From positions 18,393,962-18,457,961 of the forward strand of contig NC_068994.1 in the NCBI RefSeq assembly GCF_001194135.2: a stretch of 64,000 nucleotides of DNA, read 5' to 3'. The translations under genes and the position numbers were made by a program. The notes beneath the pieces are model-generated. The model did no database searches and had not been told where the DNA came from. It saw only the letters and a program-made list of their open reading frames with translations. The stretch comes from Octopus bimaculoides (taxonomy: Eukaryota). This document shows positions 1-10,132 of the stretch, one piece after another. How positions within the stretch are numbered: position 1 is the first letter of the stretch; every line of letters begins with the position of its first letter.

Positions 1-762
1 TGCACGGTTTTAACCTTGTTTGGTTTTGTCAATAGTGGACACTTGATTGCTAGAGACAGCAGCAATTCATCTTCCTGTCAGTGATACACAGATTGACAGT
101 GTCATACATACATGAATATCTTGCTTTGGGCCCTCAACTCATGATAGAGTTGTAAGGGTTGTGTTATGATATACAGCATGTCATGGATAGTTTTGCCTTG
201 TTGAACATGATCAGATCTGGGGGTCTGATCACAGCCAATTTCTTCCAGAAAAGGTGACACAAATAAACAGAAAGAGAGAGAAGAAAAGAATAAACCTTAG
301 TAAATGATTGGTACTTACAATAGAGTACTCCATTGCAACTTATGTGTATTTTATTCATATGCACACATCTACACTCACACATTCTAAGCACCAGTGTATG
401 CTTCCAACAGTTATAAATAATAAACAGAAATGATTTTGGCAAAATAATAATAATAATAAAAACAGAAACAATTCCTATAATAGTAGGTGCATTAGCTATG
501 ATAAAAAAAAAATCATTTAAATATATAACCAAAACACCAGGACTCACAAGAGTACATTACATACAGAATATAGCACTTCTACACACATACAGAAAATAGC
601 ACTACTACGCACCACACACATCCTACGTAAAGCACTTTCAATACAGTGAAAATAAGAATGTCACAACAAATTGCAGAACATACCCAAGGCACACAGAGCT
701 GCACTCAGTAGTGCAGTGAAAGCACATGATAAAAATAAGACTACTTAATAATAATGTCTTGG

Positions 763-1205
763 TGTAAAAGATGGGCTACAGCAAATATTATGCTCAATAG
801 CACAGTTGCTTGACCTTCAGTTGAGCATGGCCCTTGATGGCTGACAATATGTGCATCCCTGATCATGAGCAGAAGTAGTGGGGGAGTGTCACAGCCATGT
901 GTCGAGAGGAATTCTTTGGGGTTTGAATAATTCATCTCTGGAAACATGGGTGCTTTGTTCAACATCCTTAAACAACCTTTATTCAGGGACCTTTTGAGCT
1001 GAAGAAAATTCTAACTAGGCCCCCACCTGCAAGGTCATGTGCTGTTTAATCTTGATATGAGATCGCCATGTCACACACATATGGTTGTGATGCATGTGCC
1101 TAGTGTACCCTTATTAGATGCATAGTCATGATGAGTATATTGAGTTTCATATATTTGTACCCCAGTATCACTTTGATAGCATGCATTGCTCCCTTATTCA
1201 ATAAC
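763..1205. repeat. Probable interspersed repeat, unclassified
   Basis: GC-richer block bounded by (AAT)-like tails. Recognised from memory as a common octopus repeat; only one copy is in this window. Confidence 0.35.
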
Positions 1206-1248
1206 AATAATATAAAAAAAGAGTGAGGATAAAATATCAATATCTTAC

Positions 1249-1743
1249 CTGGGTTTGCAAATTCTACTGAAACAGTGTTTCCATAAATATCCAACAAGGC
1301 CCAAAGGGGGCCAGCCGTAGAAACACCACTGAAAAACACCCCTTTCTCCACACCATTCACTCCATATCTCACGTCCCCATTTCGAGTGATATAGAAAAAG
1401 AGAAGATTGGTACATTCTGCATAGCGTTCACCCAACGCCTTTGCCCAGTTTCCCGACATGCTGGTAAGATCTGGACATGCATAACGTGGGAGTTCAGCAT
1501 TGCTGAAAGTCGCTGGGTCAATGTTTGTAAATCCGAAACGTAAAACGCCACTCCAGCTGGCACAGGTCTCCACAAATCGGATGTAGACACGCTCATTGAT
1601 AGCAACAGGGCGGTTGCTGAAACAGATGCCTTTGCAAAAGGAGTCTCCGCGGGATGCTCTGGTTCTGTCATAGTTTAAAACGACATTTTGTCCGTGCACT
1701 TTGTGGAACGTCAATGGGTAATCACTATACGAGCCATTATTAA
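1249..1743 (-). CDS. neur: neuralized E3 ubiquitin ligase, internal exon encoding NHR1 (neuralized homology repeat) domain
   Basis: Translation NNGSYSDYPLTFHKVHGQNVVL...SFCKGICFSNRPVAINERVYIRF...WSGVLRFGFTNIDP...LPRYACPDLT...WAKALGE...PLWALLDIYGNTVSVEFANP matches the NHR1 pattern of Drosophila Neur/NEURL1 as recalled. Bounded by acceptor tttcttctctttttcag (exon starts 1743) and donor CAG|GTAAGA (exon ends 1249). 495 nt, phase 1-1. Confidence 0.95.
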
Positions 1744-1929
1744 CTGAAAAAGAGAAGAAAAGAGAAAGATTTGAAAAAAAAACAATCAGTGTATATGGAA
1801 AGTGTTGCCTGGAAAAAGAAAAAAAAACAATTGATTATGAGAAATCTATTATCTTTTACTTGCCATGCTGGAGTTTTGCCTTGAAAGGTTTAGTTGAACA
1901 AATTAAATCCAAGTACCTTTTTTTTTTAA

Positions 1930-2250
1930 GTTCAATATGGAGCTATGGCAAAGAATGAATCCAGTTTCAATTAGGGAGCAAATATTTAAGAAAAAATGGA
2001 AGTGGATTGGTAGCACAATTAGAAAGGACACACCAAATGTAGCGAAAAGTGCTTTACAGTGGAATCCAGATGGATATAAAAAGAGGGGTAGGCCTAAGAA
2101 CTCGTGGCGTAGATCAACACAAAAGGAACTAGAGAAAGGGGGACATTCATGGCAGTGTATATGTACAGAAGCGAAAAATTATGCGACATGGAATTCAATT
2201 ATAAGTGGCCTATACTCTGCGTTGGAGGGTTAAAGGCAAGAAAGAAAGAA
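1930..2250 (+). mobile_element. 5'-truncated RTE-clade LINE 3' end
   Basis: ORF 1937-2233 KWKWIGSTIRK...ALQWNPDGYKKRGRPKNSWRRS is the typical RTE C-terminus; it is followed by an (AAGA)n tail. Confidence 0.8.
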
Positions 2251-2254
2251 TTTA

Positions 2255-2612
2255 TTCTTCTATTCTTTTAGTTGTTTCAGTCATTTGACTGCAGCCATGT
2301 TGGAGCACAGCCTTGAAGGGTTTTAGTTGAACAAATTGACCCCAGGACTTATTCTTTGTTTCAAAGCCTTGTACTAGTCTCTTTTGCCAAACTGTTAAGT
2401 TACGGGGATGTAAACCAACTAACACCAGTTGTCAAGCAATACAGATACAAAAACACACACATACACAAACACAGATACATGCATATATATGACGGGTCTC
2501 ATTCAGTTTCAATCTACCAAATCTACTCACAAGGCTTTGGCTGGCCCGAGGTTATAGTAAAAGACACTTGCCCAAGGTGCCACGCAGTGGGATTGAACCC
2601 AGAACATGGGCC
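2255..2612 (-). mobile_element. SINE family A (tRNA head + CORE-like body + microsatellite linker + AAAGAGT tail)
   Basis: Matches the other family A copies; the head is truncated at the RTE fragment. Confidence 0.85.
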
Positions 2613-2614
2613 TT

Positions 2615-3223
2615 GACTACAGAGGATTTGCGAAGGATTGAAAGGAATGAAGCTAGCATGTCTTACTGGATGGGTAATGTCAGTGTGCATGCATGACAGT
2701 GTAAATGGTTTAAGAGGAAAACTGGGTATGAAGAGGCATCAAAAGTTGTGTGCAAGAGAGAAGACTGCACTGGTTTGGTCATGTGATGTGCATGGATGAG
2801 GACACCTGCATAAAAGTGCCAAGCTTTAATTGTGGAGGGTACCTGTGGAAGGAGTAGACCCAGGAAGACATAGGACGAACTGGTGAGAAAGGAGCTTTGA
2901 ATGCTGGGCCTCACTGAAGAAATGACAAGGGACCGGGAGATATGGTGATTTGCTGTACTTGATAAGACGTGTCAAGCTAAGTAAAACCACCGTCTTCCAC
3001 ACACATACAGTCTTGTCTTTTCAGATGCTGGTGCCACTTAAGAAGTACCCGTGCTGGTGCTGTGTTAATACGCTTGTGCTGGTGGCACATGAAAAGCACC
3101 CAGCACATGACATGACAGACAGCTGGAGTTTGGACAGCTCTCTGCTAGCCAGCTCCATGTCAAACTATCCAACCCATGCCAGCAGGGAAAGTAAACATTA
3201 AACGATGATGATGATGTTGATGA
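2615..3223 (+). mobile_element. RTE-clade LINE 3' end (second subfamily) with 3'UTR and (GAT)n tail
   Basis: Decayed frame ERRLHWFGHVMCMDEDT...GRSRPRKT*DELV, then a UTR ending AACCCATGCCAGCAGGGAAAGTAAACATTAAACGATGATGA. Confidence 0.75.
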
Positions 3224-3344
3224 AAGACAGAGTATTTCAACAGAAATATGGTAATGAAAGGATTAATACCACATCACTAGAGAAAGTTTTTGTTTATTAT
3301 GAAGTGCTCTCTTTAAAATGGATTATAATATAAAAGTATCCCAT

Positions 3345-3587
3345 TCTAAGCCTTTATCCTTTAAATTGGCCAAATCCTGCCAAAATATTGTTTTATGTTC
3401 AACCAATCTGTTTTATGTTCAAACCAGCCAGATCTGGCCTCTCACACCTACCCTACAATGTCATTCTAAAAATACACAAACACATCATCAAACTTTCAAA
3501 GCTATTAGATAATGTATGATTAATTCTTGAACAATATGAATAAATTAGTACTATATTTGACAGAGTAATCTGAATTCTAAAAGGTTA
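3345..3587. mobile_element. piggyBac-like MITE (TTAA-CCCTTTAGCATT TIR family); other copies at 45620-45832, 54715-54937, 58402-58617
   Basis: ~220-bp family ending AATGCTAAAGGG-TTAA. TTAA flanks with CCC-initial TIRs are typical of piggyBac. Confidence 0.7.
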
Positions 3588-4182
3588 AATAGAAATAAAT
3601 AATATCTGTTAAATATATCTTAAAGTCATTTATAAAAGTAAGAATCTATGCATTTAGTCAAGAGAATAAATTATATAAGTTTCTTTTTATATGCTTCACC
3701 TAATTAATCAAATGTAGGATATTTGTGGTTGAAGTTAATGAAAATAGCCAGGAGGAAGTTGTTTGTATTTAATGAAAATTGATGATGGAGTTTTAAGATG
3801 GATGAAGACCAGTTGTATTGAAGAAGACCTTTTTCAACCTATGCCAGAATGTTCTTTTCTTTCTACTATAGGTGCAAGGCCTGAAATTTGGTGGGATGTG
3901 GAGTGGGGCAGTTGATTATATCGACTCCAGCATTCACCTGATAATTACTTTATCAACTCAGAAATATTTCGTATGTGTATTTGGTGTGCAAGATTCTTGA
4001 TGTGAATACTTGTGTTGAAAGAAATACCAGCATAATGCCTCTCCCAAGGTTTAATAGTAACTCAGAAATAATTAAAGGCAAAGTTGACCTCAGAGGAATT
4101 TAAACTCAGAATGCAAAATGGGAAGAAGTGCCATCAAGAATTTTGTTTGGTATGCCAATGATTCTGCTAGTATTATATAGAA

Positions 4183-4432
4183 AGGGCAATGACCATGGGA
4201 TTGCACCTAGAGAGTTCCCCTCTGAGGCACAAGTCTGGCTAAGGTTGTTTATGGAAGACCAGCAGTCAACCATGCATACCAACCTCCTCTTCCCACACCA
4301 CTGATGTTATCTAGGGGAAAGGCAAAGGCCGATACAGCTTGACACCAGTGACATCGTAACTCATTCCAGGAATCGAACTCACTACCTCAGGATTGTGAGC
4401 CTGATGTTCTAACCACTGAGCTGTGTGCATTC
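4183..4432 (-). mobile_element. SINE family D, internally deleted
   Basis: Matches 17138-17468 but lacks the ~60-bp CORE-like segment. Confidence 0.8.
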
Positions 4433-5419
4433 GGCAAATATAATAGAATTTTTTAATCATTAAATGGCTAGGAGGGTCCATCTGAATAAAACAGAAATCA
4501 AAGGGGTCCACAGGCAAATAAATGGTTGAGAAACACTGCTTTAAAGCAAGAAGTTTATATCCCAGAACTAAGGGCAGTGTTAGATGAGTTGGGATCAAAA
4601 ATGGATTAAGTATGTGTTAGTCATAAAATGGTATCTTGACTGGATTAAAACAAGCCCAAGGAGATGCAGACACTTCCATTTGAAATTTTGACTAAATATA
4701 GGTGAGTTCATTTAGAAAAAATATAAATAAAGCCCATAAACTAGAACTTAAAAGAATCAGCTAGAAAGTCTAATGCTTTGATAATATTGACCAAACTAAT
4801 ATTGATTGATAGCTGAAATGCACTGATGAATGGAACTCTCTCATAATTGATTTATGCAGTGCTGATAAATTCTCGTGCAAAAGGCATCAAAAGGTAAGAG
4901 AATAAAAATAAAATGAATGATTTGATCTGAACTATTTTTTAAAAAATGATTTTAGTGGGGATGAAGTTTTGATTATTGCTGCAAACTGGTAGTCATTGAT
5001 GTGTCAACTTGACACAGTATTCGCAGTGTTTGTTCTGGTGGTTCTCATTCTGAGTTCAAAATCCTGCCGGGGTCAACATTGTCTTTTATCTTTCCAGAGC
5101 CAATAAATAAATAAAGTACCAGTTCATGGAGATGGATTGACAAAACTGTCAGAGCAGCATCAAACAAGATACTTGTGATATCTGTTCTAGTTCTGTAAAT
5201 TCTGTGTTGGAATTATTTCTGTCAAAAGCTGCACCTGACAGATAGTATCAGCAAATGAAAAACAAAAGCAAAGCAAAATTTCCTTGGTTTAATTAGAAGA
5301 TTGGCCATGATGTAATACAGTAGTGGAAATGATTATGACTTCACTATTTAATGATTCTGTATGCTAATTTAGGCAAAGGCAAGTGAAATGCTGCTAGACA
5401 TTTTGCCTGGCATGCTAAT

Positions 5420-5648
5420 TAATAATAATAATAATAATTTATTTCTTTATTGCCCACATGGGGCTAAACATAGAGGGGACAAACAAGGACAGAGAAAGGG
5501 ATTAAGTTGATTACATCGATCCCAGTTCGTCACTGGTACTTAATTTATCGACCCCGAAAGGATGAAAGGCAAAGTCGACCTCGGCGGAATTTGAACTCAG
5601 AACATAATGGCAGACGAAATACCGCTAAGCATTTCGCCTAGCGTGCTA
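5420..5648 (-). mobile_element. SINE family C (young copy)
   Basis: Reverse of ..GTTCTGAGTTCAAATTCCGCCGAGGTCGACTTTGCCTTTCATCCTTTCGGGGTCGATAAATTAAGTACCAG.. with (ATT)n tail. Other copies at ~5000-5130, 50680-50845, 55155-55410 and 60340-60560. Confidence 0.85.
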
Positions 5649-6045
5649 TAATAATAATAACCAACATCACCATCATGATGGGCTGGACAGAATTTTGTTG
5701 AGGTAGGTTTTCTATGGCTAAATGTACTTCTTGTTACTAACCCTCACTGTTATGGACTAAGGTAATATTTCCTCATAACCAAACATATTTTCATGAAAGA
5801 TTAGAAATGAAGGATATTGCTTGCATGATGGGTTTTTTTCAGTTTCCATCTACCAAATCCACTCACAAAGCTTTGGTCAGCTCAGGGATGTTGTGGAAGA
5901 CACTTGCCCAAGGTGCCATGCAGTAGGACTAAATCCAAAAAGACATGGTTGAGAAGACAACATCTTAGCGATGCAGTCATGCCTGCACCATCCATATTTT
6001 AAAAACAATACAAAAAGATTCTGAGATCCTAGAAGTTATTGGAGG

Positions 6046-6560
6046 TCATCATCATCATCGTCGTTTAACATCCGCTTTCTAAGCTGGCATGGGTTGGACT
6101 GTTTGACTGAGGACTGGTGAGCCAGAGGCTGCACCAGGCTCAATCTGATCTGGCAAAGTTTCTACAGCTAGATGCCCTTACTAACATCAACCACTCCGAG
6201 AGTGTAGTGGGTGCTTTTATGTGCCATCGGCACGAGGGCCAGCCAGGTGGTTCTGGCAACGACCATGCTCAAAGGTGTTTTTACGTGCTACCTGCACAGG
6301 ATCCAGTCCAGCGGCACTGGCAACGACCACACTCGAATGTTGTTTTTCCCATGCCACCCATGTGCTGGTAAGGTGATGCTGGCAATGATCATGCTTGAAT
6401 GGTGTTTTTCGCGTGTCACCAGCACAGGAGCCAATCAATGGCCCTGGTAACGATCACGCTTGGATGTGCTTTTAACATTCCACTGGCATGAGTGCCAATC
6501 AGGTGGTACTGTCATCGGCCATGTCAGCGATTTTGATTTGTTTTCACTTGCCTCAATAGG
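6046..6560 (-). mobile_element. (GAT)n-tailed RTE-partner repeat (family F) with internal ~60-bp tandem units
   Basis: Left end TCATCATCATCGTCGTTTAACATCCGCTTTC; about five units at 6215-6510. Confidence 0.8.
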
Positions 6561-6674
6561 TCTTCATAAGCATATATTTTTATATTCATTTGAAGGTTTA
6601 GTCATTGTTATTTTTCAGATTTTAGTCAACTCTAATTTTTATTTTGCAACAGTCAAAACTTTAAAGCTTTAGAG

Positions 6675-6953
6675 CAGTGGTTCCCAAAGTGGGCAATATT
6701 GCCCCCCCCACCTGGGAGTGGGTAGAGAGATTGTGGGGGGACAGTAGCATTGAAGAAAGATGGGGTGAGAGATGTAAAAGCAGCTAAAAATAATGGGTTA
6801 ATTAGATTAAATTCTATTTGTGAAATGCAGTTGTTTTGAATTTGCTGCAGAAAGTGGTTAATGTTTGTGGTGGTGAGTGGGGGAAGGGGGGACACTAGGA
6901 AAGTGACCTGAGTGCCAAGGTGGTGGCAGCCCAAAACAGTTTGGGGACCACTG
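6675..6953. mobile_element. hAT/Charlie-like MITE
   Basis: TIRs CAGTGGTTCCCAAA / TTTGGGGACCACTG. 8-bp flanks CTTTAGAG and CTCTGGAA resemble the NTCTAGAN target. Ends of a related family occur at ~4440-4540, 12180-12420, 32560-32615, 44542-44652, 52310-52410 and 63924-64000. Confidence 0.75.
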
Positions 6954-7909
6954 CTCTGGAAGCTTCTTGTAGTTGCCATTTCCAGATGAGATGTACTCTA
7001 AATTAAAAATATATTATTAAGAAAATTAAATTGATATGTAAGGTTTTAATTTAGATCACTCTAAAACAGGATGTATGTCATGGAACTAGGAGAGATATCA
7101 GGGAAGTTGGTATTTTAAGGGTTTATATTCAAATTAATCTCACAGCATTGTCTAATCTTACCTTTTAAAAAAAAAAAACAGACGTAAAAACATTGTTTTA
7201 TTTAATAAAATTATTTCTATACATCTTTTTTCACATTGCAAACATTTTTTTCCTTTTTCTTTCTTTTTTGTTTGTTAGCAACACAGTGGAGCCAATGTAA
7301 CCATCTGACAAACTTATCGGAGATCAACTCCATCTGATGCCATTTTTAGAAACACAAGAACACTTTGAGGATTAATAAATGGGCTTTGGGTCTGCATTAC
7401 AAATCAGAATGAGCAAAAGTAAATAAATAGCTAAGAAAGAAACAGAGTAACTCCGAAAGATTAGTTGGTTGTGAAAATCTCCCAGGTTATTTTTAGACTG
7501 CTGAAATTGTATCTTGGGTGTTAGAAATCTTGAAGGAAGAGCTAATGCATTAGTAGAGAGGAAGCTGTCACTGTCTGTTGAGTTATCTCAAAGAGAAACT
7601 TGGATGAGAGTAGAGAGAATGTTTATGAAGCCACCTCCTCCCTCTCACGAGATGCTTACAATAACCACTATTATGTACTTAACCACAGACATTCCATTGT
7701 AAACCTTTAGTAAACTCGATGAAGCACTCAGAAACATGTAGACAGGAATGTACTGACACATACACATGCATACACAAATGAAATATTAATTTCTTAATGA
7801 TCATGCTTAAATATGAACACTTGCATATGCGTTTTCTCATGAAAATATGAAAGCTTAATATATAACTAAGTACATTTATGAAAATATATATAGGTAAGCA
7901 TGGATGTTA

Positions 7910-7952
<43 letters not shown>

Positions 7953-9289
7953 ATACAATCATATATAAACAGGAAAGTATGTAGTTCATGTATTTCAGTT
8001 TAGAAAAAAAAAGCATATAGTGGTTGAAGTATAGATATAAGTGTAAATATATGTAGATAGTAAAAAAAAAATGTAATGTGTGTGTGTATAAAATATATAT
8101 TTAATGTACATGGTATAAATTATATATACAGAAACTTAAAGATATCAATGTAATACACTTGCATATAATAATTCAAAGAAATTTAGAGATATTTTCATAG
8201 ATGATGAGATCCATAGTTAACTGTAAAATATATCAATAGCTACAAAAGACTTATATTATTCATTTTTTCATTCATTCATGAAATGACAAAAATCTAATGA
8301 AATATGTAAGAATGAAAAAAAAAAGCGAAGAGAGAACAATCACTGTAGTGTGTATACAATCTACACTATACTATTTCAGTAGTTAATGTTAACTTATTTA
8401 AAGCACTGTAAAGTTTTCTAGAAATATGTTGTGAAGAAATAAAATGAGTCAATGATGAGAGACATAATTTCATTTCTAAATCTTGTTTCATTTAACCCCA
8501 GGTAAATCCTAACTCAGGACTATGATCAAAGACATCCCAGCTCCGATCATCTTGTCAACAACATTAGCCAATGCAGCTGTCCCCATCCCCCACCTTTTTT
8601 TCTTTATTGATGCTAGAAGGTAATATGAAGAAAATTTAGCTGCTATTTCAAGAAGGATAAATGAATGGATAGTAGTCTTCTTGTTGACTCAAATGCGCAG
8701 TAGTGACAAATAAACCTATGTATTATAGTTAAAAGTTTATAACAATAAAGTTTATGAACCATATCTGTAATACGGCGATGATTTGAAGTTAAATAAATCA
8801 CACCAAAAAGAAAATATCAAAAATAATTGAGTAGGTTCACTTTTCTTCTTTACTCTTTTCTAGAAAACACTAACATGAAACAATTTATACTGTAATGATT
8901 ATTTCACAATATTAATATTTTGGAGAGCAGTCATGCATTAATTAACCAAAACTTCAAATTGATTATGTAACAGAGATAGAGAGAGAAATAGAGGCAAGTG
9001 AGTAAGACTGAGCCTGTTATGCAAGTTCAAATCAATGTCAAGCCATTTCCCGTTATTTACATCTTAGGCCTATAAATTGCCAGCTGTAGTTAACAACCTG
9101 GAAAAGGATTAGCCATTTCAAAATGACACATTCAGTTCAATTTATCATACATACACACCACACACGCAAAACTTTAGAAAGAGGAGCCAAAACTATAGTT
9201 ATTTTAGTACATGTTTTGAATCATTAATTAAATGAGAAAGTAATTTGCATGTTTTAACAAGTGTTAAAAGACTGACACAGTGCTTTGTT

Positions 9290-9343
9290 AATGTAGAGGT
9301 CATCATTATTAAATGTAGAGGTCATCATTATTAAATGTAGAGG
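9290..9343. repeat. 22-bp tandem duplication
   Basis: AATGTAGAGGTCATCATTATTA x2.4, ~100 nt into the intron after the 9444 donor. Confidence 0.9.
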
Positions 9344-9443
9344 ATAGAGCTGTAATGATATGCATTATGTAAGTTATGATGTAGGTATGAATGCATATGT
9401 GCATTGAAGTACTGTATATACAGAGTGCTGTTTATTTACTTAC

Positions 9444-9687
9444 CCTTCTCAAAAAAGTCAGGTGCAAAACAAGAAGAATAGGAAAAAGGGTTATCAAACA
9501 AAGGTGGTGCAGAGGTGGCAGAGGCTGCAGAAGTTGGAACTGATGTACTGTGATATAAGGAGTAATCCATGCTTTGTCGTCTTCTGCTGCAGCAAGAGGA
9601 GCTAGAATCTTTCATGCACTGCATGCTTGTTGACTTAAAGATCTTGTAATCAATGCATATGTTACTTTCTAGATCAAAGATTCCCAT
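9444..9687 (-). CDS. neur: Candidate first coding exon of neuralized (MGIFDLESNIC...APDFFEK, 81 codons +1 nt)
   Basis: ATG in AAAATGG context at 9687 and a stop-free Ser-rich frame. Ends at a perfect donor AAGG|GTAAGT in phase 1, which joins the NHR1 exon in frame (FFEK-V-NNGS). No homology evidence for the peptide itself. Confidence 0.6.
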
Positions 9688-10108
9688 TTTTTTGTAAGAC
9701 AGTCCGAAAAGACGGAAAGGCCTGATCTTTTTCACCCCCCCCAACCTAGAGGTTTCACGGTAATAGTTTCCTTGAGGTATCCACAACTTCCTACATCAGA
9801 CAATGCACACACAGTAGGAGATTTTACGGTGCAAGTGGTGACATAAGTATCTCAATCGCGAAATTGAAAACAGAGAATTGAGTCTGTTACAAATTTTAAA
9901 ATAAAATAAAAGAAAATATCTACAATTCCATTTAACGTATTTTAGAGTGTAGTGGATGCTTCCTTTAACTGCATAACCTCACATAATATTTTCTCTTCCC
10001 TGCTGATGGGAACTTGTGTTTAATACTGCCAACAATTGTAATAGAAAATTTAACAGAGTAAATGAGTAGAGATAATAGCTTTTCAAGACTCTGTGTACAG
10101 CAATAATA

Positions 10109-10132
10109 TTCCCACTACATGTGAAACAGCTG
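10109..10132. promoter_or_regulatory. Su(H)/CSL-like core plus two E-boxes upstream of candidate first exon
   Basis: TTCCCAC (GTGGGAA on minus) at 10109-10115, CATGTG at 10118-10123 and ACAGCTGC (RCAGSTG on both strands) at 10126-10133. Short motifs that may be chance. Confidence 0.2.

Larger units (their letters stand above)
1744..9443 (-). other. Predicted neuralized intron (~7.7 kb) between candidate first exon and NHR1 exon
   Basis: GT at 9443-9442 and AG at 1745-1744 on the minus strand; phases compatible. Confidence 0.55.

Noticed and set aside
164-547. 127-aa minus ORF downstream of the NHR1 exon
   Set aside because: Low-complexity hydrophobic translation with no NHR2/RING similarity and no clear splice sites.
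1100-1248. C-terminal part of the 204-aa ORF (KILIFYPH...)
   Set aside because: Intron read-through past the CAG|GTAAGA donor. The ORF's TTG start is also internal to the exon.
6215-6510. CRISPR-like repeat/spacer appearance
   Set aside because: Eukaryotic context, degenerate ~45-bp repeats, ~15-nt variable parts, no cas genes, and it lies within an interspersed retro-repeat.
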